Shown here in pieces: positions 21,229 to 33,499 of a DNA stretch of 64,000 nt; the first letter of the stretch is position 1, and each line of letters begins with the position of its first letter. A model generated the notes under the pieces. It was not told the origin of the DNA and ran no database searches. It saw nothing but the letters and a program-made list of their open reading frames with translations. Both the position numbers and the translations under genes were made by a program. Location: the NCBI RefSeq assembly GCF_006345805.1, contig NC_043015.1, forward strand, positions 49,290,001 through 49,354,000. The letters are read 5' to 3'. The DNA comes from Octopus sinensis (lineage: Eukaryota).

Positions 21229-21486
21229 GGCGAGCTGGCAGAAGTGTTAGCAAAGGCAGCAAGCTGGCAGAATTGTTAGCATGCCGGGTGAAATGCTTTG
21301 CGGTATTTCGTCCGCGGTTACATTCTGCGTTCAAATTCTGCCGAGGTCGACTTTGCCTTTCATCCTTTCGGGGTCGATTAAATAAGTACCAGTTACGCAC
21401 TGGGGTCGATGTATTCGACTTAATCCCTTTGTCTGTCCTTGTTTGTCCCCTCTATGTTTAGCCCCTTGTGGGCAGTAAAGAAAATA
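21229..21486 (+). mobile_element. SINE-A inserted in a SINE-B head, with target duplication
   Basis: CACAGCCAGGC at 21221-21231 and 21489-21499. Confidence 0.85.
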
Positions 21487-22018
21487 CACACAGCCAGGCC
21501 AGTACCTATAGCTATTGGCACAATGTTTCCTTGATTTTGTTGGTTTAATGGTTCAATGAGATGAGGAAAGTGGTGCCATTGACCAATTTCAGAACCTCCG
21601 TGTCTCTGGTGGAAGGAAGTTACTCTTAGACCAGAGACCTGGTTCAGAATGGACTCTGTTGATGATGGCATCCAAAGCTCAAGTGGTAGTGGTAGTGGCG
21701 GTCTTAAAATGAGGCAACTAATGAAATTACCGTATATTCCTGGATAATGGCAATTCTTCACTTTAATGTTGTGAAAAGGACATTAAACATTCTTCTTCTC
21801 CTCATCCTTCTTTTCCACCCAAGCTCCCTTTTCTTTCTCTCTTTCCCTCCCCTCCTTCTCTTTCCCTTCTCCTCTGTCTCCTCCTCACAATAACAACAAT
21901 AATAACAACAACAACAACAAAAATTGTAAAAACAAAAACAACAAAAAATAACAATGATAATAACAATAATAACAACATCAATAATAATAATGATAATGAT
22001 GATAATAATAATAATAAT

Positions 22019-22225
22019 ATATTTCTTTACTGCCCACAGAGGAGACAAACAAGGACAAACATAGGTATTAAGTCGATTACATCAACCCCAGTGCGAAACT
22101 GGTACTTTATTTATCAACCCCGAAAAGATGAAAGGCAAAGTCGACCTCGGCAGAATTTGAACTCAGAACGTAGCAGCAGACGAAATACTGCTAAGCATTT
22201 CGCCCGGTGTGCTAACGATTTTGCC

Positions 22226-22260
<35 letters not shown>

Positions 22261-22398
22261 TAACAACAACAACAACAACAGCAACAATAATAATGGTTCT
22301 TGAAGCTTGACCAGTAAACAAGTGTCATCTTAGTCTGCTGTTGACAGCTGACACTTTCCATCATACCCAGCAAAATAAACTGAGAGTTTTTAATCAAA

Positions 22399-22461
<63 letters not shown>

Positions 22462-22480
22462 TAATAATAATAATAATAAT
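22019..22480 (-). mobile_element. SINE-A (22019-22226) with adjacent (AAT)n tracts
   Basis: Consensus match and direct reading. Confidence 0.8.
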
Positions 22481-22818
22481 TATTTATTTTTTTCTTCATA
22501 GCCAAATTTATTATGGAACTGATGGCTATTTCTGTCCTAACTGACTTTCATTCCATTAAATGTGTTTTTGTCGAAGCTATTTTAGATTCTGTGGCATTTT
22601 AAAGATTTATTCAGGGAAGGGAACAAGTTTATAAGCTTCTCTATTTGGTAATGGAATTCTTCTTTTTTTTTTATTATTATTTTTACCAATATTACTGAAC
22701 GACAAATGACATTTATGATACAATATAATCCAAATAGCAGCAGAGTAGGTGAGGGTGATGAGTGTAGATGAGGATGGGAGAAACGAAGCAATACCAAATT
22801 AGCAAATATTACACTTAC

Positions 22819-22860
22819 TGGATTAAACCGCCAAGAGCAATCCCAAGAATAACCAGCATG
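22819..22860 (-). CDS. SLC9A: NHE coding exon 3: (C)MLVILGIALGGLI(H)
   Basis: Acceptor tttttctcag at 22861-22862, donor GTAAGT at 22818; 42 nt, phase 2 to 2. Hydrophobic TM segment after PESC. Confidence 0.9.
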
Positions 22861-23204
22861 CTGAGAAAAAAAAAAAAAGAGGTAAAAAATGGTGAAGCAG
22901 CATATAAGCAGTCCTTTGTGAATTACATTAATTCATTTTAACCCCCTTGTTAAATTTTATATTTGCTTTCTGCAGCATCACAAAGAACAAAATGAGTTTT
23001 TGAAATTGGTCTTTTCTAACTCATTAATTTTTTTGGTTATCTTTTTTAATCCTTGTTCCCTTAAAGTCTGTTCCAAGAATTTTTAGTTTTCCTTAAACCT
23101 TTAGCATTTAAACTGGCCATATCTGGCCCATTTATTCTACTTGTTTTATGGTCAAACTGGCCATATCTGATCCATATATTCTACCTGTTTTATCTTCAGA
23201 TAGA

Positions 23205-23520
23205 GTGTTGGACTCACAATCATGAGGTAATGAGTTCAATTCCTGGACCGGGCTGTGTATTGTGTTCTTGAGCAAGACACTCCATTTCACATTGCCACAG
23301 TTCCCTCAGCTGGAAAAATGAGTTGCAACACCACTGGAGCCAAGCTGTATCGGCCCCTTTGCCTTTCCCTTGGATAGCACCAGTGGCGTGGGATGGAGAG
23401 GCTGGTATGTATGGGCGACTGCTGATCTTCCATAAACAACCTTGCCCAGACTTGTGTCTTGGAAGGGAACTTTCTAGGTGCAATCCCATGGTCATTCATG
23501 ACTGAAGGGGGTCTTTATCC
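23205..23520 (+). mobile_element. SINE-E (tRNA-like head; second copy at 59410-59750, head fragment near 16125)
   Basis: GTTCTTGAGCAAGACAC..TTTCAC.TTGC..CAGTTC.CTCAGCT...CAATCCCATGGTC shared with 59410-59750. Confidence 0.8.
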
Positions 23521-23754
23521 TTTATCTTTTCTTTGAATCTTTCCCTTAAATTTTAAGAGAGATAACTTTTTAACTTAGAATGGTTAGAATCACCAACCTG
23601 TTACAAAACATTTCCTGTATACAGAAAACCTTAATGGTAATACATGTTCAACTATGATTTGATTGATCATTAGAGAATTGCCTTATCAATATCTTAAATG
23701 TATCAATTTTTCAAAAGTTTGGAATGGTAAATATTTCTTTAGGTTCTCACTTAC

Positions 23755-23800
23755 CAAGATTCTGGAATGACAGACGATAGCATGCCAGCATAATGGTACA
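23755..23800 (-). CDS. SLC9A: NHE coding exon 2: (L)YHYAGMLSSVIPES(C)
   Basis: Acceptor ttttcatttttcag at 23801-23802, donor GTAAGT at 23754; 46 nt, phase 1 to 2. Contains the conserved PESC motif. Confidence 0.92.
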
Positions 23801-23941
23801 CTGAAAAATGAAAAGGAACATTTTGGAAAATAACTGCTGTTGTTGCTTCCACATTTTAAAGAGGCTTACTTTATGATTCTGACATTTAAAAAAAAAATGG
23901 TAAACACTGAAAAGAAAAGAGAAATGAATGCAGTTATTGTT

Positions 23942-24438
23942 GTTTGTTCTTCTCGAGCCATGTCTGGCTCATAAGGACCAGTTTCCTGGTTTCATAGGCT
24001 TATAGGTTCCCCACCTAAATAGGACACCAGTCTGTCACAGGTGAGCTGCTAGATGCAGGAGGAAAGAGTGAGAAAAAGTTGTGGCGAAAGAGTCAGCAGA
24101 AGTTCGCCATTACTTTCTGCCGGAGCTGCGTGGAGCTTAGGTGTTTTGCTCATAAACACACACATCGCCTGGTCTGAGATTTGAACCCGCGAGTCCACTG
24201 TTCTAACCACTAGGCCATGTGCCTCCACGGTCCGTTGCAGGTGAGCTGCTGGATGTAGGAGGAAAGAGTGAGAGAAAGTTGTGGCGAAAGAGTCAGCAGA
24301 AGTTTGCCGTTACCTTCTGCCGGAGCTATGTGGAGCTTAGGTGCTTCGCTCATAAACACACATTGCCCGGTCTGAGATTCGAACCCGCGATCCCTTGACT
24401 GTGAGTTCACTGCTCTAACCACTAAGCCATGTGCCTCC
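23942..24438 (-). mobile_element. SINE-D tandem dimer inserted as one unit
   Basis: Two heads GGAGGCACATGGC(C/T)TAGTGGTTAGA; 14-bp TSD ATGCAGTTATTGTT at 23928-23941 and 24439-24452. Confidence 0.87.
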
Positions 24439-24645
24439 ATGCAGTTATTGTTAAGTATAAATTTGTTTTAAGATAAAAGTCATTTTGTCATTTGTGTCCT
24501 TAGCACATAGGTGCAGGAACGGCTGCATGGTAAGAAGCTTGTTTTCCAACCACATGATTGTGGGCGTCAGTTCCCCTGCATGACACATGGACTGGTACCC
24601 CTACCCTGTAAAAAGACTCACTCACCACAGAAACAACTAGTGGCC

Positions 24646-24802
24646 TTATTTACATTATTTACATTTGATAGATATTTGTCCTCCTCTTGTTTGTTGTTAA
24701 CACAACGTTTTGGCTGATATACCCTCCAGATTTCATCAGGTGTCTTGAGGAAATTTCGAACCTGGATTCTCATTCCTAAGGTATTTTTCGATGTTATTGT
24801 TG

Positions 24803-24843
<41 letters not shown>

Positions 24844-24980
24844 CTTACTGCTTGGAACCAAACTTGGAATCTTGGGGTTAGTAGCCCATGCTCTTAACCA
24901 CTACACCAAACAAGATGAGGAGAAATATCCATCAAATGTAAATAATGTACATAATTCCTAATCTCTTAAATATAGAACTG
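24646..24980 (-). mobile_element. HH-SINE copy 3 with inverted 3'-tail copy at its 5' end
   Basis: The head is joined directly to aacaagatgagg...cttaaatatagaactg on the plus strand. Flanks ACTAGTGGCC (24636-24645) and ACTAGTGACC (24982-24991). Confidence 0.85.
24699..24744 (-). ncRNA. Minimal hammerhead motif (copy 3; CUGAUGA core, G12 to A, stem II damaged)
   Basis: GACAC-CUGAUGA-A-AUCUG-GAGGGUAUAU-CAGCC-AAAAC-GUU-GUGUU. Confidence 0.6.
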
Positions 24981-25161
24981 GACTAGTGACCTGTTGCCAT
25001 GAGACTGGAGGACCCAGATTACCAGATGTTTGTATGGGGCAGACAAAATTTGTTAAATCAGATTTTCTATGGCCAAATGTCTTTCTGGTCACTATATTTT
25101 GAATGATTCCAAACATATTTCTAAGCAATATCTTTCACACTTTCACAGATGACTAGAAATA

Positions 25162-25605
25162 AATGACACCACTTGTATGATGGTGATGCTCATTTACAAC
25201 TATCACATGATGTTAAGACAAGGCGTAGGAGTGGCTGTGTGGTAAGTAGCTTGCTTACGAACCACATGGTTCTAGGTTCAGTCCCACAGTGTGACACCTT
25301 GGGCAAGTGTCTTCTACTATAGCCTCGGGCCGATCAAAGCCTTATGAGTGGATTTGGTAGACGGAAACTGAAAGAAGCCCATCATATATATGTATATGTT
25401 TGTGTGTCTGTGTTTGTCCCCCCCAACATCGCTTGACAACCGATGCTGGTGTGTTTATATCCCAGTAACTTAGCAGTTTGGCAAAAGAGATCGATAGAAT
25501 AAGTACTGGGCTTACAAAGAATAAATCCTGGAGTTGATTTGCTCAACTAAAGGTGGTGCTCCAGCACGGCCATGGTCAAATGACTGAAACAAGTAAAAGA
25601 GTAAA
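25162..25605 (+). mobile_element. SINE-B nested in an older minus-strand chimeric SINE
   Basis: Consensus match; older element on both sides (25020-25220 and 25620-25820). Confidence 0.8.
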
Positions 25606-25609
25606 TAGA

Positions 25610-25645
<36 letters not shown>

Positions 25646-26238
25646 CCATCATGGTCTTTTAGGTTCTGTCTACCAAATCTGCTTTACAAATTTTTGCTCA
25701 GCTCAAGGCTATAGTAGAACACACATGTCCAATGAGCTATGGTGCTACGCAGTGGGAATGAACCTGAAACCATGTGATTGGGAAATGAACTTCTTAAACA
25801 CACAACTATGTTTGTGCCTATATCAAAATCTCACTAATGGAAATACTGTATCTCTAAAACTAATCTGATTTTCCAGTAGAGGATCTGAGTAAACATATGA
25901 AAAAAAAAACAATCCAAGCAAAAGGTTTTGTAAGAGACTCAAAACAAAAGCAACCAATAGTTTCCTTCCACTTGGAACCAACAGAGTTCTGCTCTGTTCA
26001 CAAGAGAATCCAGATTTTACTTCTGAATCTTAGTTATCTTTTATTTGTTTCAGTTACAGGACTGTGGCCATGCTGGGGCACCGCCTTGAAGGGTTTTAGT
26101 CAAACAGTTTGACTCTGGTACTTATTATTTTGAAGTCTGAACTGTTAAGTTACAGAGATGTAAACAAACTTAGCACTGGTTGTCAAACAGTGGTGGTGGT
26201 AGTTTAGGGGAGGACAAACCAACACACACACAACACAG

Positions 26239-26244
<6 letters not shown>

Positions 26245-26290
<46 letters not shown>

Positions 26291-26327
26291 CATATCATAT
26301 ATACATATACATACATATATATATATA

Positions 26328-26371
<44 letters not shown>

Positions 26372-26478
26372 TATATTTTCATATATATATACATATATAT
26401 ATATACATATATATATATACATACATATATATATATACATACATATATATACATATACATATATACATATACATGTAC

Positions 26479-26520
<42 letters not shown>
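26245..26520. repeat. (TA)n-rich microsatellite
   Basis: Direct reading. Confidence 0.95.
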
Positions 26521-26522
<2 letters not shown>

Positions 26523-26679
26523 GATGAATATGGTACCTAAGTTGAGGCACCAGAACTCAGTACAGTATATTATCCATACAATTTCAAAATAAGGTGATTA
26601 GAATCAAAATAAGCAAAAAGGATATCCAGAGCTAATGCATTACCACTGGATATCCTTGTTGCTCATTTTGATATATATA

Positions 26680-26992
26680 TATCATGTGATCATGTGACCG
26701 ACCAGGCCATCAAATGTTGCTACACATCACTGGTCACAATGTGCTTCACATTGTTTTAACCTTCAAATAACGCCACCCCGCTGGCTAAGCGAGCAGGCCA
26801 ACAGAAGAAAGATCGAGAGAAAGTTGTGGTGAAAGAGTACAGCAGGGATCGCCACCACCCCCTGCCAGAGCCTTGTGGAGCTTTAGGTGTTTTCGCTCAA
26901 TAAACACTCATAACACCCGGTCTGGGAATCAAAACTGCGATCCTATGATCGCAAGTCCGCTGCCCTAACCACTGGGCCATTGCGGCTCCACA
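26680..26992 (-). mobile_element. SINE-G (tRNA-like head GTGGAG..CAATGGCCCAGTGGTTAGGGCAGCGGAC); related 40345-40720, fragments 52560-52630, 56590-56720, 61090-61400
   Basis: The 5' about 190 nt are shared with 40530-40720; the 3' parts differ between copies. Confidence 0.75.
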
Positions 26993-28714
26993 CACCACAC
27001 ACACACACACACACACGCACATATAAAATATAAATTACAGATAAAACCACTATTATGCAACTCAAAGTGATAGACATAAACCAAAACATAAAAAACAAAT
27101 AATATATATTTTTATAAAACATATAACTTACAACTAGATCTCAAAAAGTATAAAAATGAATGATCAATATATAATAAGTAAAACAACTACGTACATTTCA
27201 TGGCTGGAATTAAATTCAAATTACAATTAAGTTTAAATTCAATTGAAATAAATTCGATTTAAAATTATAGTCAATCTTCAGGTTAATGATAATAGTTAAA
27301 TAAATAAGCAAATAGAGTTAAACAATATTATTAAAAAAAAAAAATAAAATAATAATATTTCTTGTAGAAAAAAACTCCATTAACTAAATTAGAAACTTAA
27401 AATATTAGGATTATTTCCTTCAACACATTTATTATGTTAAACATTTAAATTTTAAGGTAAAAAAATAGATAGAAATATTTATTTATCCTTGAAGATATAA
27501 CTTGGTTTTAAAAAAACATAATAAACTATTGAATATCTTTAACTCAGTTATACTCCAATATTTAATTACCAAATTATTTAACAAAATAATCACTATTAAT
27601 ATTTTTAGATTTAAGTTCACATCTAATAATTATAAAATGATAAATACATAAAAATAAGTATCTAAATTATAATCAACAAATATAGTAATTAAAAATCTAA
27701 AATTTTCTCTATCAATAAATATATAAACATATATCCAAAAATAAATAAATTAGTCTATTATTACTTACATAAATATTATAAATATCTATAGAATATATTT
27801 ATGAAATACAGTTTAAAAATACAATTTAAAAATAAAAAATAAAAAAAACGTATAACCTATATTAAAAAAATTGTATTACTATACCACAGTATCTAAAAAT
27901 ATACCACAGTGACTAACTAATATCTTAAAAATTTAGGTACAGTTATAATAATTATATACTAATAATAATTAAATAAATATACATGTCTAAATTATCATTA
28001 ACAACTCAAATAATTATAAATTCAAATTTAACAATCAATAGTTATATAGAATACAATAACATTTCTTAGATAAAAAAGTTTACTTAACTCTCGAAAAGTG
28101 TCATTAACTAAAATTTCAAAATGGAAAATGTCTTTTTAAGCGTTTATAAGAAAACTCATGGAATTATGTTATTAACAGAATTAGAACAAACAGATGGAAA
28201 AATTCCTTTAACAATGAAAACTACGAATATATTTTATCAATGAAAACTACGACTATATTTTAGCTTTGATAGATAAAGAGAACTAAGTCACTAATAGAGA
28301 ATATAATCACTATCCATTATAATATCTTTCACTATAAACCTAAAATTTATAATTAACTATGATAAATTATACTCAAAACTCTATAAATTAAAATAATTTA
28401 TATAACTACCATTTACTGTATATTCTCTAATAATCTTATACAAATCAATTTATTTCATATATATAAAAAAATATGGTTACGTAGGAGTCAAAAATCTTTA
28501 TTTAAATAAAATATCTTTTAGACACATTCAATATTAACTCAGTAATAAATTAATCATTACCTATATTATGACCACTAATTAATAAACTTAATTCATTAAT
28601 AAATAATATTAATTAAATAAACATCTAAATAAATCTACTTCGAAGTATATAATATAAATACATTTTGATTAATATAAAAAAATTTATTACAAACTATAAA
28701 CTTTACTGTCATTT

Positions 28715-28998
28715 GCCAACCCCGCCTCGAATGGCTTCTGTGCCGGTGGCACATAAAAAGCACCAACCGATCGTGGCCAATGCCAGACCCCTCTGGCACC
28801 TGTGCAGGTGGCACGTAAAAAGCACCCACTACACTCGTGGAGTGGTTGGCGTTAGGAAGGGCATCCAGCTGTAGAAACACTGCCAGATCAGACTGGAGCC
28901 TGGAGCAGCCCCTGGCTCCCCAGACCCCGGTCGAACCGTCCAACCTGTGCTAGCGGGGAAAACGGACGTTAAACGATGATGATGATGATGATGATGAT
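28715..28998 (+). mobile_element. RTE 3' UTR fragment nested in the AT-rich element
   Basis: GC-rich island with the RTE tail and (GAT)n. Confidence 0.85.
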
Positions 28999-30531
28999 TA
29001 TATATCATATTAATACTCAAAACCAATGCTAAAATAATAATAAATTAAACTTATTATATAGGTAAAGTAATTTATATTTAGATCAAATACTTTGCTCTTT
29101 AATTGAATAAATAAAGTACATATTATCATTATAAATAAATAGTACATAAAGAAAAAAATTATTTTACTACACATTCAAAATTATTTATTTAACGTTACTA
29201 AAACTCTTACCAAAAAAGATATATATACTTAATACTATTAATTTTAGTAGACATATAATAATCATAATAATAACAATATCGACCACAAAAGAAAATGAAA
29301 TAACTATCTTTTAATCTATATTCATTAAATAAATTATATATTTAGTCATAAAATAAACATCTAAATATAATCTAACTATAAGTATTTAAAGAACCTTTAC
29401 TAACTCTTATTGACTTATACTCAAACCACCAACAGAAGTGCAATCACAATACTATCATTAATTAATTAATTAATTTAATTATATATTTATTTATTTAATA
29501 ATAAATATTAAATTAGACTTATTAAATTATGTAATATACAATATAAAATCACATGCTAAATTTTAGAATTAATACTACTACTAAATATAACTACAAATTA
29601 GAAACAAAAATAGGGTTTAAATATAGTCACTATTTATCTAAAAATTTATTATATAAGTAAAGTAATTTGTGTCTACATTTAATTTTATGCTCGTCCAAAG
29701 TATTAACTAATTTATTAATGATCGTTAAACAATATTTCTTTACATTCACTAGAACATAAAAAACAAGAATTACTACCTATACTATATGATTTTGCCTTAC
29801 AAATTATCTCACACTTTAAATTATACTTAATTTGTTGGGATTTTAGTTCCCATATGTATTTGCTAAGCCCTGTAGAGTTCATAAGATTTCTATTGTTAAA
29901 GGAATGCATATGCTGAGCTACTCTTAATTTGATTTTATTAATAGAGAAAATTTCAGATTTTTAATTACTATATTTGTTGATAATAATTTAGATACTTATT
30001 TTTATGCATTTATTATTTTATAATTATTAGATGTGAACTTAAATCTAAAAATATTAATAGTGATTATTTTGTTAAATAATTTGGTAATTAAGTATTGGAG
30101 TATAACTGAGTTAAAGATATTCAATAGTTTATTATGTCTTTTTAAAGCCAAATTATATCTTCAAAGATAAATAAACATTTCTATCTATTTTTTTACCTTA
30201 AAAATTAAATATTTAACATAATAAATGTATTGTAAGAAATAATTCTAATGTTTTAAGTTTCTAATTTAGTTAATAGAGTTTTTTTCTACAAGAAAAATTA
30301 TTATTTTATTTATTTTTTTGAAATAATATTGTTTAACTCTATTTGCTTATTTATTTAACTATTATCATTAACCTGAAGATTGACTATAATTTTAAATCAA
30401 ATTTATTTTCAATTGAATTTAAACTTAATTGTAATTTGAATTTAATTCTAGCCATGAAACGTACATAGTTTTTTTACTTATTATATATTGATCATTCATT
30501 TTTATACTTTTTGAGATCTAGTTATAAGTTA

Positions 30532-30895
30532 TCTCTCTATATATAAACGGCAAAATGTCTGCATGTGTGTCCTTTATACAAATCCACAATTTTTCAGTTA
30601 GAGAGCAGACACTTTCTATGGTCATTCGAAACCGTCCAAGAGTGGTTGTGCACATCTTTATATTTCCCCAGTCACCCTGCAAAGCCATTAAAAAATCAAT
30701 AGAAGTGACTTTTTTGTGAATTTTCTATCCAAAACCCAATCAAAATGCCTGAAACTTGATACGTCAATTGAATACCAGCTACCTGTATGTGATTAGTCGA
30801 ACATTTGGACAGTACTCGTGTGTATATGCAAATGCACGCAGCTGTATATGCATGCACTAGCACTATGACCCGGCATTTCCGGGTCATAGTGCTAG
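30532..30895 (+). mobile_element. Non-autonomous Helitron (364 bp)
   Basis: 5' TCTCTCTATATATAAA, 3' hairpin plus CTAG, inserted between A30531 and T30896 with no TSD. The empty site is preserved in the left arm. Confidence 0.9.
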
Positions 30896-31074
30896 TATGT
30901 TTCATAAAAATATATATTATTTGTTATTTATGTTTTGGTTTATGTCTATCACTGTTTGAGTTGCATAATAGTGGTTTTATCTCTAATTTATATTTTATAT
31001 ATTTACACTGTGAAATTTGATTTAATATTAAATTGAATTTTTCCCTGTAAGTTTGGAGTTATACTCCCTAATAT

Positions 31075-31139
31075 TATATATATCTATATATATGTATATA
31101 TATATGTGTGTGTGTATATATATATAATATTATATATAT

Positions 31140-31171
<32 letters not shown>

Positions 31172-31172
31172 G

Positions 31173-31245
<73 letters not shown>

Positions 31246-31505
31246 GTATATATATGTATATATATATATAATATATATAGTATATATATTATATATGTGT
31301 GTATATATTATATATATAATATATGTATGTATATATATATGTGTAAATATATATAATATATATATATATATGTATATATATATATGTGTGTATATAATAT
31401 ATATATATATGTATGTATATATATATGTGTATATATATATATATATATATAGATATATATATATATATATATAATATGTATATATATGTGTGTGTATATA
31501 TATAT
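31075..31505. repeat. (TA)n-rich microsatellite
   Basis: Direct reading. Confidence 0.95.
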
Positions 31506-31702
31506 GTCTTCTACTGTAGCCCTGAGCTGATTAATTCTTTGCAAGTGAATCTGGGTGATGGAAGCTGTAAAGTCTGTTGTTGTCCAAGATACCACACATG
31601 GTTGCAAAGTGAGCTTCTTGATCACACAACCACGCCTTTCAAGAACTTCAATCCTTCAACTTACGTATAACAAGAAACAAAAGATGGAATAAAAAAACTT
31701 AC

Positions 31703-31937
31703 AGAGTTTGCTTAAAGTGGCTATCATCACCACAATGACAACGATGAATGGTTGCGCAACAGCATGGAAGTTGAAATTGGCAACGCTGAGATTATCGTCA
31801 TCAGGTCCTGTACAGTTAGTAATTTTAAGACCAGATTCTCCTCGGCTACATGTACATGTGGTAGGTGTGGGAAATATAGCTAAAATTAACAACACTAACA
31901 GCACATCCATTCTGTTTTTGGTAAATGCAAGCATCAT
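31703..31937 (-). CDS. SLC9A: NHE first coding exon found: MMLAFTKNRMDVLLVLLILAIFPTPTTC...VANFNFHAVAQPFIVVIVVMIATLSKL
   Basis: Part of ORF 31656..31937. Hydrophobic leader plus the NHE TM1 pattern (F.F..V..P.I.....A.L.K). Donor GTAAGT at 31702, 235 nt, ends in phase 1. An acceptor (ttttctcgttccag) lies immediately before the first ATG. Confidence 0.88.
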
Positions 31938-32099
31938 CTGGAACGAGAAAAGTAAATTATTTAAAGGATATTTTCATTTGGTTCTTATAATCACAAACAC
32001 CCTGCCCCCAGGAGAAACCAAGAATCTATGACAGTTAATAATTTATTTTTTAAGCCAAACTTTTTTGTTAAAATTGACAAGAATTCCTGACTCTATAAC

Positions 32100-32546
32100 T
32101 TAAACTGTCATTAAGCATAAGGCCTGAAAGTTTAGGGGAAGGGGCTGGTCGATTATATCAACCCCAGTGCTTAACTAGTACTTGCTTCATCAACCCTAAA
32201 ATGATGAAAGGCAAAGTTGACCTCAGCAGAATTTGAACTCGGAACGTATTGTTGGAAGAAATGCTGCTAAGCATTTTGCCTGGCATGATAATGATTCTGC
32301 CAGCTCACTGCCTTAATAATAATAATAATAGTAATAATAATAATAACAACAATAATAATAACGATGATGATAATGAAAATAATAATAATAATAATAACAA
32401 TAATAATAATGATGATGATAATAAAAATAAAAACAACAATAATAATAATAATAATGATAATAATAATAATAACAATAATAATAATGATGATAATAATAAT
32501 AATAACAATAATAAAAATAATAATAATAATAATGATAATGATGATG

Positions 32547-32596
<50 letters not shown>

Positions 32597-33088
32597 CCTT
32601 TCTACTAAAGGCTCAAGGCCTGGAATTTGCAGGGAGGGGTTAAGTTGATTATATCGACCCTGGTGTTTCGCTGGTATTTAATTTACTGACCCAAAAGGAT
32701 GAAAGGCAAAGTTGACCTAGACAGAATTTGAACTCAGAACATAAGGACAGATGAAACGCTGCTAAGCATTTTTCCTGGCATGCTAATGATTCTGCCAGCT
32801 GCTGCCTTGATATTAATAAAAATGATGATGATGATGATGATGATGATGATAAGCCTTTCTACTATAGGCACAAGGCCTGGAATTTGGTGGAGGGGTTAAG
32901 TTGATTACATCGACCCCCAGTACTCAACTGGTACTTGATTTATCGACCCTGAAGGAATGAAAGACAAAGTCGACCTTGGGTGAATTTGAACTCAGAATGT
33001 AGCGGGAGATGAAATACTGCTTGCATTTCACCCAGCATGCTAACGATTCTGCCAGCTCGCCACCTTAATAATAATGATGATGATGATG

Positions 33089-33169
<81 letters not shown>

Positions 33170-33170
33170 C
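32100..33170 (-). mobile_element. Three SINE-A variant copies interleaved with (AAT)n/(GAT)n tracts
   Basis: Reverse-complement consensus matches at about 32100-32315, 32597-32810 and 32850-33067. Confidence 0.82.
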
Positions 33171-33499
33171 ATCAAGCTTTTCTTTTTGTGGACTTACAAA
33201 ACCGTAAAACTTTCTATGAAAATCTGACTTTTATTTGCTTCCTCCCTGAATATTCAAATATAAATGTAAACATATACTTTTTTATTGCAAAAACACACCT
33301 GTTCTCCTAACTGGACATACAAACATATCTAGAAAAGTCAACTTCAACCTCCACAATATTACCTTACAAGAAATATACAAACAGTTTTTATTGCAATAAC
33401 ACAAAGGCACATGGGGAAAAAAAAAAAAAAAAATAATAATGATGTTAAGATTCTTTCTGGCTGAACACAACTTCTCTATTCACAAACAATACAGAACAG

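Larger units (their letters stand above)
27021..31000 (-). mobile_element. AT-rich Penelope-like element with about 700-bp inverted arms and a GIY-YIG C-terminal remnant
   Basis: 27021 to about 27720 is the reverse complement of about 29933-31000 once the Helitron is removed. ORF 29715..29909 STGLSKYIWELK..IKYNLKCEII.KAKSY...SCFLC aligns with the endonuclease C-terminus at 54630-54830. Confidence 0.75.

Noticed and set aside
21117-21461. Recurrent ORFs such as FKFCRGRLCLSSFRGRLNKYQ or GCKHTSIGCQAML as a gene family
   Set aside because: These are translations of SINE-A and SINE-B consensus sequence.
30373-30420. Functional hammerhead in the fold-back arms
   Set aside because: CTGAAGA is present, but stem II has mismatches, GAAA is incomplete in both arms, and no stem I partner was found. 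Mentioned only as a possible relic.
27021-31000. AT-rich block as a mitochondrial insertion (NUMT) or contaminant
   Set aside because: I recognised no mitochondrial gene or tRNA. Inverted arms and a GIY-YIG remnant explain it better, and it carries nested host-type elements. A BLAST against the mitogenome would settle it.
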